Of a stretch of 22,963 nucleotides of DNA, positions 8,722 through 15,517 are shown one piece after another. The notes under the pieces were generated by a model. That model was not told where the DNA came from, made no database searches, and saw only the letters and a program-made list of their open reading frames with translations. The DNA is from Myxococcaceae bacterium. Its GTDB lineage: Bacteria > Myxococcota > Myxococcia > Myxococcales > Myxococcaceae. Where the stretch lies: assembly GCA_020247085.1 (NCBI GenBank), contig JADCJJ010000554.1, positions 1-22,963 of the forward strand, read 5' to 3'. Position 1 is the first letter of the stretch, and every line of letters begins with the position of its first letter. Both the position numbers and the translations under genes were made by a program.

Positions 8722-9125
8722 TCGCAGCCGAGGGCGCGGCGCAGGTTCGCGCGAGCCTGGGCGTCGAAGCGCTGGTGGAAGTGGGCGGAGGGGGAGAGGC
8801 GCTGGGCCGAGAGGCGCTTCGCGAGGAAGCGGCGCCGGCCGAGGCGGTCGAGGAGCGCGCCGGCGACGGGGCGGTGCTCGTCGGCGGCGAGGTCGGCGGA
8901 GCGGGCCTCGTTGTCCTTCCGGCCGGCGACGTCGATGGCGTCGAGAACCAGCGCTGCGAGGAAGGCTTCGCGCGGGTGGCTCCACCCCGGCACGGTCGCG
9001 AGCGGCCCCAGCACCACCTGCACGTGGGCGATGGTGTGGTACGCGCACGGCGGCTCGGCGTACGCCGTCGTCACGACCCGCATCAGACCCTCGGGGACGG
9101 TGAGGGGCGCGAAGGTGGAGGCCAT
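8718..9125 (-). CDS. Small HD-superfamily-like protein (COG4339-type) with a degenerate HD dyad
   Basis: YAEPPCAYHTIAHV resembles the Y-x-E-P-x-R-x-Y-H-x-x-x-H opening of the predicted HD phosphohydrolase family. The expected ..HD..y......NE..Sa.la block reads ALVLDAIDVAGRKDNEARSADLA, so the His is replaced by Leu. It is translationally coupled to the methyltransferase gene. Confidence 0.55.
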   Translation of the reverse strand: MASTFAPLTVPEGLMRVVTTAYAEPPCAYHTIAHVQVVLGPLATVPGWSHPREAFLAALVLDAIDVAGRKDNEARSADLAADEHRPVAGALLDRLGRRRFLAKRLSAQRLSPSAHFHQRFDAQARANLRRALGCE

Positions 9126-9136
9126 GCAGGTCAGAG

Positions 9137-9165
9137 TTGACAGGGTGGAGCGTCGAACGTAGAGA
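9137..9165 (+). promoter_or_regulatory. Candidate sigma70-type promoter for tRNA-Asn
   Basis: A perfect TTGACA sits at 9137-9142. After a 17-nt spacer comes TAGAGA at 9160-9165 (3/6 to TATAAT). That places a start about 8-14 nt before the tRNA 5' end at 9180. Confidence 0.35.
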
Positions 9166-9179
9166 CAATCAAGTCGTAT

Positions 9180-9252
9180 TCCTCGATAGCTCAGTCGGTA
9201 GAGCGGCGGACTGTTAATCCGTAGGTCCCTGGTTCGAGCCCAGGTCGAGGAG
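9180..9252 (+). tRNA. tRNA-Asn (anticodon GTT)
   Basis: Hand-folded cloverleaf: acceptor TCCTCGA/TCGAGGA, D arm GCTC-AGTCGGTA-GAGC, anticodon arm GCGGA-CTGTTAA-TCCGT, variable AGGTC, T arm CCTGG-TTCGAGC-CCAGG, discriminator G. It is 73 nt and CCA is not encoded. Confidence 0.95.
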
Positions 9253-9262
9253 CTACTGAAGA

Positions 9263-9290
9263 GCGTCTGCCAACCGGCAGGCGCTTTTTT
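9263..9290 (+). terminator. Rho-independent terminator of tRNA-Asn
   Basis: A 9-bp stem GCGTCTGCC / GGCAGGCGC (one G.U) with loop AACC is followed directly by TTTTTT at 9285-9290. Confidence 0.8.
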
Positions 9291-9328
9291 GTTAACTGCT
9301 GGTCGGTCTTCTTCCCCGAGGGAAGCGC

Positions 9329-9351
9329 TCTCTGCGGGTCGCCCGCAGAGA
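9329..9351. repeat. Perfect 10-bp inverted repeat (hairpin or operator-like) in the tRNA-proximal non-coding junction
   Basis: TCTCTGCGGG-tcg-CCCGCAGAGA. The half-site GCAGAGA(A/G)TC(T)CGG recurs at 9411-9423, and a related GAGACTCTCGG lies at 9387-9397. A tandem GCTAAAC x2 sits at 9446-9459. Function is unknown. Confidence 0.5.
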
Positions 9352-9640
9352 ATCTCGGTGAGCTCGGCGGGCCCGTTTTGGACAGCGAGACTCTCGGTTC
9401 TCCGTCCCGCGCAGAGAGTCCGGAGATCGGCGTTTAACAGCTTCTGCTAAACGCTAAACGTTGGGGCGCTGGAAGCTGCTGGAATCACGACTGGTTCGCA
9501 GGTGGCTTCGCTCAGGGTCGAAAGGCGCCGACGGCGAACCACCCACCTCAGAATCGATGTCGTGCGGCCGAGAGAACGAAGAGCGTGGCGTCCCTCAGTT
9601 GGGCGTCGCCTCGAAACCGCGACCGTGGCTCAATTCAGGA

Positions 9641-10414
9641 ATGGCCTCCTCGTCGACGCCGGTGCCCGTGGACATCGAGTTGGAACTGAAGCTGCTCCGC
9701 CTGCAGCTCGGCGAGCTCAGTGCGCTGATGACCCGCCACCATCGCCCTGCTGAGGCCGTCGACTTTGGCGAGGCTGGCCGGCTCTTGGGCTTCTCCTCAG
9801 TCAGCGTGCGGAGGCTGGTCGCCAACGGGACCCTGAGGGCGGTGCCCATCGGGGCTCGGCTCCGAATCCCCGTGTCGGAGATTCGAGCGCTCGTTGTGAT
9901 GGGTGTGCCTGAGCGTTCCCGCTGGGGGAAGCGACTCGCTCGACCCGAACCCTACGATGCCGCCGCCGAGGCCGAGAAGCTGCGAGTGCTACGTCGCACG
10001 CGACGAGGCATCGCGGCTCCGCCGCCCGAGCCGATCCGGCCACCGCCCCCGCCGCCGACAGACAAAGAGTGGGTGGAGCTTCGTTCGATTCGCGCGGAGG
10101 TCGATGAACTCAAGGCCGCTCTCGAGCAGGTGACGGCGCCAGTGCGGGCGATCACCCTTCAAGAGGCCGCCCGCAGGCTGTCCCTCGGGAAGACCACACT
10201 CCGTCAGTTGGTCGCGAAACGTGCGGTTCGCGCGGTGATCGTCGGCAACCGACGCATGATTCCAACGTCTGAAGTCGAGCGCCTGACTGCCCTTCCCCCG
10301 AAGCCCAGCGCGTCGGCGCCCGACGCATCCAGGGCTGCCGCCCGCGAGGCTGAGCGCGCTGCACGAGAACGAGAGCGCGCGTGGCTCAAGCTGAAGGCAC
10401 GCGGCTTCATCTGA
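9641..10414 (+). CDS. DNA-binding protein with two excisionase/MerR-type (HTH_17-like) helix-turn-helix domains joined by a Pro-rich linker
   Basis: There are two internal copies of the excisionase-family pattern. One is VDFGEAGRLLGFSSVSVRRLVANGTLRAVPIGARLRIPVSEIRALV. The other is ITLQEAARRLSLGKTTLRQLVAKRAVRAVIVGNRRMIPTSEVERL. They are separated by APPPEPIRPPPPPP. The start is uncertain: ATG 9641 is chosen, with alternatives ATG 9557 and the listed TTG 9461. Confidence 0.65.
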   Translation: MASSSTPVPVDIELELKLLRLQLGELSALMTRHHRPAEAVDFGEAGRLLGFSSVSVRRLVANGTLRAVPIGARLRIPVSEIRALVVMGVPERSRWGKRLARPEPYDAAAEAEKLRVLRRTRRGIAAPPPEPIRPPPPPPTDKEWVELRSIRAEVDELKAALEQVTAPVRAITLQEAARRLSLGKTTLRQLVAKRAVRAVIVGNRRMIPTSEVERLTALPPKPSASAPDASRAAAREAERAARERERAWLKLKARGFI

Positions 10415-10415
10415 T

Positions 10416-11024
10416 TCAGCGCAACGGTGCCCGTTCGTTACCGAGGTTGAGAAACCAGATCTTTCGCTCGCGGGTCGGCACGAAGCCGCGGTCTTTGAGC
10501 GTCCTCGCGATGCCGATGCTCTCCCAGTTCGCCTGGCAGTAGACCGCGCCGAAGCACGCGCGCCCGTACTGGGCGAAGATGTTCTCGAGTGCGTGGCGCA
10601 CGACCTCGAACGCATCTTCACAAGGGCCGACCTCGATCAGCTCGACGTAGATGAGGTCGCCGTTGTCGATGACATTGAGTTCGTCGCGAAGCACTCCATC
10701 TTCGTCGTAGAGCGCCTCGAAGATCGCGAGGTGATCGGCGCTCTCCGCGTCGAACACCTCCATCAGCGATGGGCGCTCGCCCCACGCCGAAGTGGCCAGG
10801 ACCTGAAACTCGATGGTGGCGACCTTCTCCGCCGTCTCGTCGAGTTCACCGTCCGCCGAGGAGCGCAAGATGCTCGCCATGAAGCGCCGGATGAAGTCGC
10901 CCGGCTCGTTGTCGATGCGAAGCGCTGTCGTCCCCTCGTGCTCGATGCGCACGAAGAGTTCGTCAGCGTCGAAGTGGTTCACGTTGATCTCTGATTCGCG
11001 CTCGGCCTGCCGCTCGGTGTTCAC
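10416..11024 (-). CDS. Acidic hypothetical protein (about 202 aa), downstream partner of the PHP-ATPase gene
   Basis: GC3-rich coding signal runs throughout. The start is moved to GTG 11024 because AGGGAGA lies 5 nt upstream, whereas the listed TTG 11093 has no RBS. I recognised no family. The protein is very acidic (many D/E) and ends ...FVPTRERKIWFLNLGNERAPLR. Confidence 0.5.
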   Translation of the reverse strand: MNTERQAERESEINVNHFDADELFVRIEHEGTTALRIDNEPGDFIRRFMASILRSSADGELDETAEKVATIEFQVLATSAWGERPSLMEVFDAESADHLAIFEALYDEDGVLRDELNVIDNGDLIYVELIEVGPCEDAFEVVRHALENIFAQYGRACFGAVYCQANWESIGIARTLKDRGFVPTRERKIWFLNLGNERAPLR

Positions 11025-11163
11025 GTCCGTCTCCCTGGCTGGGCCCAATCGCCCACGCCAAGGATCTACCGCGCGAGTCCGACATGTGACCAAGCCAACA
11101 CCGCAACCCGCTGAAATTGCTCGGTCACCTTGCTCCGTATGGAAGACGGAATCCCGAACAACT

Positions 11164-14097
11164 TCAGCGACGCGCTCCGTACCGTTCGGCCCGCCGTCGA
11201 AACGCCTCCTCCCCTCCCTCGAGGTACTGGCAAACGACCGACCGAACCTGCGAGTCCTCGAGGCCGCCAGCGGAGTAGGAGATGCTGGGCAATCCCTCGC
11301 CTGAGGTACGCATTGCCTCCGCGACGATGACCTGGTCCGAATCGGTGTTCACAACCAGGTTCGCGTTGTGCGTAACCATGATGATCTGACGTCGGCGAGC
11401 CGCGTCCCTGAAGAAGGGAACTAGCGACGAGTACACCGACTTCGGGTCGAGGTTCTCCTCGGGCTGGTCGATCACGAGAGGCCTCTCGTCCGACTCGTCA
11501 ATCGCCAAGTAGAGCGTGAGGAGAAGCACTCCCCGCGCCCCGGGCGACAGCTTCGCCAGTTCGACGTCCTCGTACCGAATGCCGTAGCGAACTGAGATGT
11601 GCTGGGTCGAGTAGATCCACTCACCAAAGTCTTTCGGCGTGGCGCCCTGTCTCAGCGCCTGCAGCGCCGGTTCCCCGAACTCCGAGAGGAACTTGCCGAT
11701 CGACTCCCACGCCTCCGCTGGACCACCTGAGCGCCAAGCAGCGAGGAGCAGTCGGTTCGCAGCAGCCTCCAACGAGCCTCGGCCTTGAAACGGAAGCCGG
11801 CGCAGGTCGAGAATCTGTTCACCGCGGCGAACCCACGCGTGCAGATCCACTTGTCGCGTCACAAAGAACGAGAGTTTCGCGAGCCTTGGTTCCGCAAGAA
11901 GTCGCGCTCGAAGCGGCGCGTAGAGGGACTGGAGTACCTCCGCCTCGGCAACGATCGTCTCGAAGATCCGTCCGTAGGCTTGGTTGCGGTCCTGCTGAGC
12001 CGCCTTGATTCTCTCGGACGCGCCCCTGGCTTCATCGAGGGTCGCACGGCTACGCGCTTCATCGACCCGAAGGCTCTGGACCTTACGCTCAAGATCACCG
12101 CGCCTCTTGGTTCGAGCGTCGTCTTCGCCGAGAGTCTTTTTCGCCGCGTCCACGGCCGCGACGAGCGCTGCCAATCCCTGGGATGGGCCCCCCGCTGGCG
12201 TTGGCACAACGCCATGCTGGCGCAAGCGAGCTACTTCATCCTTGGCCTGTTGCTGGGTCTGAGCCAGCCGAGAGGTCGCCGCGTCATCCACTTTGGGTTT
12301 GAGCTGTTCCCACTCCGCTTGCGAAAGTATTGGCCCGTACTGGGCACTGAGGGCGACATGAAGCTCGTCCGCGTGGCGTGCGTTCCGCACCAATTGCGCC
12401 GATACCTCAGCGAGGGCCACGGCTCGCGCCTCCGCTTGGGCGATGGCGGTCTGCAATGCGGCCAACCGTTGAAACGCTGCAGCATGCGCTTGAACGTGAG
12501 CTGGGGGCGCGGATTGCGGGATGGCCGCGAGTTCCCTTTCCGCCCCTTCTCGAGCCCGAGTCGCCTCAGTCACTGCTGCTTCGAGCTTAGGAATCAGTTT
12601 CCTCTTCTCGTGCTCGTCCGCAATGGCCTCGGTCCGTCGCTGAATTGTCGCCGCTTGAGCGGTTCGATCCCCGAGGTGCTGGCCGAGCTTTAGGTCCCGC
12701 AGGTCACCGAAGGTGCTGCACTGAACTCGGTCCTCCTCTGGGAGCGCATCGAACACCACGCGCTCGATCTCGGCGAGCAACTCGTCAGCCGGCTCCCCCG
12801 CCCTCTCTTCGAAATCGTCGGCGCCCCATGCTCCGGACGCTGCCTGAACATTCCGCTGAGAGAGCCGTTCAACAAACTGCTGAGAGAGATATCGAACACG
12901 GGGTTCACCACCTGCGTCGCCGTAGCGACGTGTCACACGAACGCCGTCGCCCCACTCGAGTTCCACCTCCAAATTCCCGAGGTGCTCGGCGGCCTTTCGA
13001 AAGAACGACGCATTGCCTGGGTTGGCGTCCTGTGCGTCGCCCCCAAAGGCGACCAGGTCGGCGAGTGCTGTCTTCCCCGACCCGCGCGCGCCGACGACCG
13101 TCACCAAACCATCGTTCAGGGTCAACTCGTTGGGCGAGAGCCACGCTGCACCATTGATGCGGACGCATCGAATGACGTTTCCAGCGCTCGGCCCGAGGGG
13201 TGGGTTCGGTCCAATCTGCACTCGGCGGATGGGCTCAGCCAGCGTCTGGCGAAGGCCATCAAAGGTCGCGCGGGCCCGAATCCAGCAAAGACGTTCACCT
13301 TCGGGATTCAGGACGCGCGCGAGCGAATGGGCATCGCTCCCGTGCAGGCAAGGCTTGGTGACATAGCCACGCTTCTCGAAGTCTGGATGTTCGCCGGCCC
13401 AGAACTTCCGGTCGGCCGATTGCCCACTGAAGACCACGTCAGCAATCGCGCCGAGTTCCTCCCGGTGAGCACTGAAGGAGCCATCCTTCGATAGCCCTCC
13501 AAGTCCATCGCCTCCTGCCGCAACGCCGAACAATACGTTCTTCGAAACCCAAGGATCCTTCTTGAGACCAGCGAAGTCCTCGTACTCGACCAGGAAGACG
13601 GATGCGCCGGCACGAAGCGCGGCCTCGTCTGTCAGCGTCGTCTTCTTGTAGGCGCGACCGAGCCGGCGAAGGTCCTCCTCCGTGCATCGGAACTTTTCGC
13701 CATTGCCATAGGAGAACACCAATCCCTGCAGCTTGCTGGTGATGACCGCGAGGTGGTCGGGGTCATCTGGCGAGACAAGGAGGTGCACATTCAACGCGTT
13801 TCCGCGCTCCGTCCTGGTCTTCAGGCGCAGTTCCACGTTGGGGAAGACGAACAGATCCGCGGGCAACTTTCCGCCTGCACGCTCGCGAAAGAGCCTGTAG
13901 CCCCTCGGTACGAAGTAGTCGGTAATACCCAGCGCCGCTACGGCGGGGCGCGCCGAAAGAATCTGCGCGAAGTACGCGGCCCAGGTCGCGTCTTCAGTGT
14001 GATCGCCAAACCCATCCTCCTTGAGCGTGCCGGGCGCATGGATGTGAGGATCCCAGCGCTGCCAACTCGCACCAACAAGCCAAACGTCGCGCGCCAT
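11164..14097 (-). CDS. PHP-domain phosphoesterase fused to a Rad50/SMC/RecF-like ABC ATPase with a long coiled-coil insertion (Ppl/TrlF-like architecture)
   Basis: PHP motifs are WDPHIHAPGT (aa 15-24), PNVELR, NVHLLV and CLHGSDAHS (aa 250-258). Walker A is GARGSGKT (aa 336-343). An Ala/Glu/Arg/Gln-rich helical region spans about aa 470-730. The C-terminal ABC lobe has LSPGARGVLLLTLYLAI (signature-like), PLVIDQPEENLD (Walker B/D-loop) and IIMVTHNANL (H-loop). Confidence 0.85.
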   Translation of the reverse strand: MARDVWLVGASWQRWDPHIHAPGTLKEDGFGDHTEDATWAAYFAQILSARPAVAALGITDYFVPRGYRLFRERAGGKLPADLFVFPNVELRLKTRTERGNALNVHLLVSPDDPDHLAVITSKLQGLVFSYGNGEKFRCTEEDLRRLGRAYKKTTLTDEAALRAGASVFLVEYEDFAGLKKDPWVSKNVLFGVAAGGDGLGGLSKDGSFSAHREELGAIADVVFSGQSADRKFWAGEHPDFEKRGYVTKPCLHGSDAHSLARVLNPEGERLCWIRARATFDGLRQTLAEPIRRVQIGPNPPLGPSAGNVIRCVRINGAAWLSPNELTLNDGLVTVVGARGSGKTALADLVAFGGDAQDANPGNASFFRKAAEHLGNLEVELEWGDGVRVTRRYGDAGGEPRVRYLSQQFVERLSQRNVQAASGAWGADDFEERAGEPADELLAEIERVVFDALPEEDRVQCSTFGDLRDLKLGQHLGDRTAQAATIQRRTEAIADEHEKRKLIPKLEAAVTEATRAREGAERELAAIPQSAPPAHVQAHAAAFQRLAALQTAIAQAEARAVALAEVSAQLVRNARHADELHVALSAQYGPILSQAEWEQLKPKVDDAATSRLAQTQQQAKDEVARLRQHGVVPTPAGGPSQGLAALVAAVDAAKKTLGEDDARTKRRGDLERKVQSLRVDEARSRATLDEARGASERIKAAQQDRNQAYGRIFETIVAEAEVLQSLYAPLRARLLAEPRLAKLSFFVTRQVDLHAWVRRGEQILDLRRLPFQGRGSLEAAANRLLLAAWRSGGPAEAWESIGKFLSEFGEPALQALRQGATPKDFGEWIYSTQHISVRYGIRYEDVELAKLSPGARGVLLLTLYLAIDESDERPLVIDQPEENLDPKSVYSSLVPFFRDAARRRQIIMVTHNANLVVNTDSDQVIVAEAMRTSGEGLPSISYSAGGLEDSQVRSVVCQYLEGGEEAFRRRAERYGARR

Positions 14098-14152
14098 GAA
14101 TCCCCCACCCCATCTAGACCTCCTCAGGATAGCCGAGGCGCGCCGCGTTCGA

Positions 14153-14395
14153 TCAGGCTTTGCGCGTGAGGCCCGTGCGGATCATCTCGTCGACGAGCGC
14201 TGCAGAGAGTTCGTCGTCGGTCTTGCCCGTGACCTTGAGCTCGACCAGTTCGAACTTCTTCGCGTTCGCCACCACCCAATCGATGTACTGCGCGAGGTTG
14301 AGGTGCTCGACGCCGAAGGCGATGTCCTTCATCGCCCGCACAATCTGAACCGGCGTCCCCTGGAACACCCGGTCGTCCCGCATGATGATCTTCAT
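14153..14395 (-). CDS. Hypothetical 80-aa protein, last gene of the amidoligase operon
   Basis: ATG 14395 (MKIIMRDDRVFQG...) overlaps the stop of the upstream gene (ATGA at 14392-14395). Codon bias is good. I recognised no family. Confidence 0.55.
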   Translation of the reverse strand: MKIIMRDDRVFQGTPVQIVRAMKDIAFGVEHLNLAQYIDWVVANAKKFELVELKVTGKTDDELSAALVDEMIRTGLTRKA

Positions 14396-14757
14396 GACTT
14401 CGCTCCCTGGCGCGCACGCCAATCGCCCGAGCTGATGGTGGGTCGACCTGCGGCCTGCTCGGGCGAGAGGACGTAGGTTTCAGCAGTGCTGCCGTCGGCG
14501 AGAACGACCCGCCGGCGTTGATAGAACCGCGGATGCCCCTCGAGGACGTCGAGGCGCGCGAGCGTCGGTGGGTCGACCTCGTAGACCTCACCGCGCACGG
14601 CCGAGTCGCCGCCCTCGACCATTGCCGGGAAGAAGCCCAGGTCGGCGAGCGCGAACACGGGCTTCGTGACGGCCGCTCCGACCAGCTCGGCGTTCGCGAG
14701 CAGGCGGTGGTTCGGCTCGCCCTCGAGCAGCGTCCCGTAGACGAACACGCGCGTCAC
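14392..14757 (-). CDS. Gamma-glutamylcyclotransferase-fold protein (AIG2/GGACT-like), copy 2
   Basis: The N-terminus VFVYGTLLEGEPNHRLL carries the YGTL motif. LDVLEGHPRFYQRRRV matches the l-D-x-x-E-g...Y-x-R catalytic-Glu block. The GTG start overlaps the upstream stop (GTGA at 14754-14757). Confidence 0.8.
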   Translation of the reverse strand: MTRVFVYGTLLEGEPNHRLLANAELVGAAVTKPVFALADLGFFPAMVEGGDSAVRGEVYEVDPPTLARLDVLEGHPRFYQRRRVVLADGSTAETYVLSPEQAAGRPTISSGDWRARQGAKS

Positions 14758-15200
14758 GATGCGCCTCCGATGGCTGCCACGAGCCGCTCGAGCTCAAAGC
14801 CCCGCCGCGCGTACTCGCGCGCGAGCACCGCGAAGTACTTGGGCTGCGGAGTCCACGCCTCGAAGGTCTCCTCGGGCTGGAGGTACACGTGCGCCAGGCG
14901 TCGCGCGTCCTTCGTCACCACGAACCGCGTCTCGCGCACGTAGGCGTGGGGGTGGCCCTCCGCGCGGTCGAGCCGCTCGAGGTCGTCGGCGGGCAACCGG
15001 TACAGCACTCCCTCGACGCGCTCGCCGGCCGCGCGCCGCACGCTTGCGACCGCGCTGCTCCACTTGTGGCTGAAGCCTCCGAAGGTGAGCGCGTGGTTCG
15101 GCAGGGTCGCGTGGCCCATCGTCTTCGCGCCGGGGCAGCGCTCCAGCATCTGCCCCTCGTCGAGGTTCGAGCCGTAGGCGAAGTAGAGGACCGTCTTCAT
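14754..15200 (-). CDS. Gamma-glutamylcyclotransferase-fold protein (AIG2/GGCT-like), copy 1
   Basis: The real start is ATG 15200 ([23 protein letters not shown]...). It has the YGSNL motif and LDRAEGHPHAYVRETRFV, the catalytic-Glu block. The listed 321-aa version is an Arg-rich shadow extension. Confidence 0.8.
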   Translation of the reverse strand: MKTVLYFAYGSNLDEGQMLERCPGAKTMGHATLPNHALTFGGFSHKWSSAVASVRRAAGERVEGVLYRLPADDLERLDRAEGHPHAYVRETRFVVTKDARRLAHVYLQPEETFEAWTPQPKYFAVLAREYARRGFELERLVAAIGGAS

Positions 15201-15517
15201 GCGCGCGCTCCATCGTACTGCTCGGTGGTGACTCGCTGGAGGACTGCGAGCCCGCGCTGCGCCTCGTCGTCGGTCGCGTGGAGCAACTCGAGGTAGACCC
15301 AGCCCGCGTTGTCCGCGCTCGCCGCGACCATCTGGGCAATCCAACCCTCGGCTTCCGGCGTCGCCAATTCGACCGCCGCCGCGAGCAAGTGAAGCGCCGC
15401 GTGGATTCTTCGGAAGCTGGTGCCCTGCGCGAACTTCACTTCGATGCGCGGCTCGGCGTGCCCGTACTGGCTCCGCGCCAGCGTGATTCGGTAGGCCTTC
15501 ACGTTCATCTCCTTCAT
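15197..15517 (-). CDS. Hypothetical 106-aa protein between the amidoligase and the GGCT genes
   Basis: ATG 15517 ([20 protein letters not shown]...) overlaps the amidoligase stop (ATGA at 15514-15517). Its own stop overlaps the next ATG (15197-15200). I recognised no family. Confidence 0.55.
   Translation of the reverse strand: MKEMNVKAYRITLARSQYGHAEPRIEVKFAQGTSFRRIHAALHLLAAAVELATPEAEGWIAQMVAASADNAGWVYLELLHATDDEAQRGLAVLQRVTTEQYDGARA

Noticed and set aside
7141-9162. Plus-strand ORFs 7141..7992, 8095..9162, 8630..9103 and 8673..9140
   Set aside because: They run antisense to, or out of frame with, the methyltransferase and HD-like genes. They are Arg/Gly/Ala-rich and have no motifs.
8722-9168. 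N-terminal extension of the methyltransferase ORF (listed 7507..9168)
   Set aside because: It overlaps the HD-like gene in another frame and is Arg/Pro-rich. The conserved RsmB-type protein starts at ATG 8721, which forms an ATGA junction.
12108-12117. 10-nt match (TGGTTCGAGC) to the T-arm of tRNA-Asn, considered as a possible att repeat
   Set aside because: It is only 10 nt long, lies inside the ATPase coding sequence, and the identity does not extend to the tRNA 3' end. This is consistent with chance in G+C-rich DNA.
11785-13494. Plus-strand ORFs inside the PHP-ATPase gene (11785..12693 302 aa, 12645..13157, 12982..13494 and others)
   Set aside because: They are antisense to a gene with PHP, Walker A/B, signature and H-loop motifs in the right order. 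Their own translations have poor composition and no motifs.
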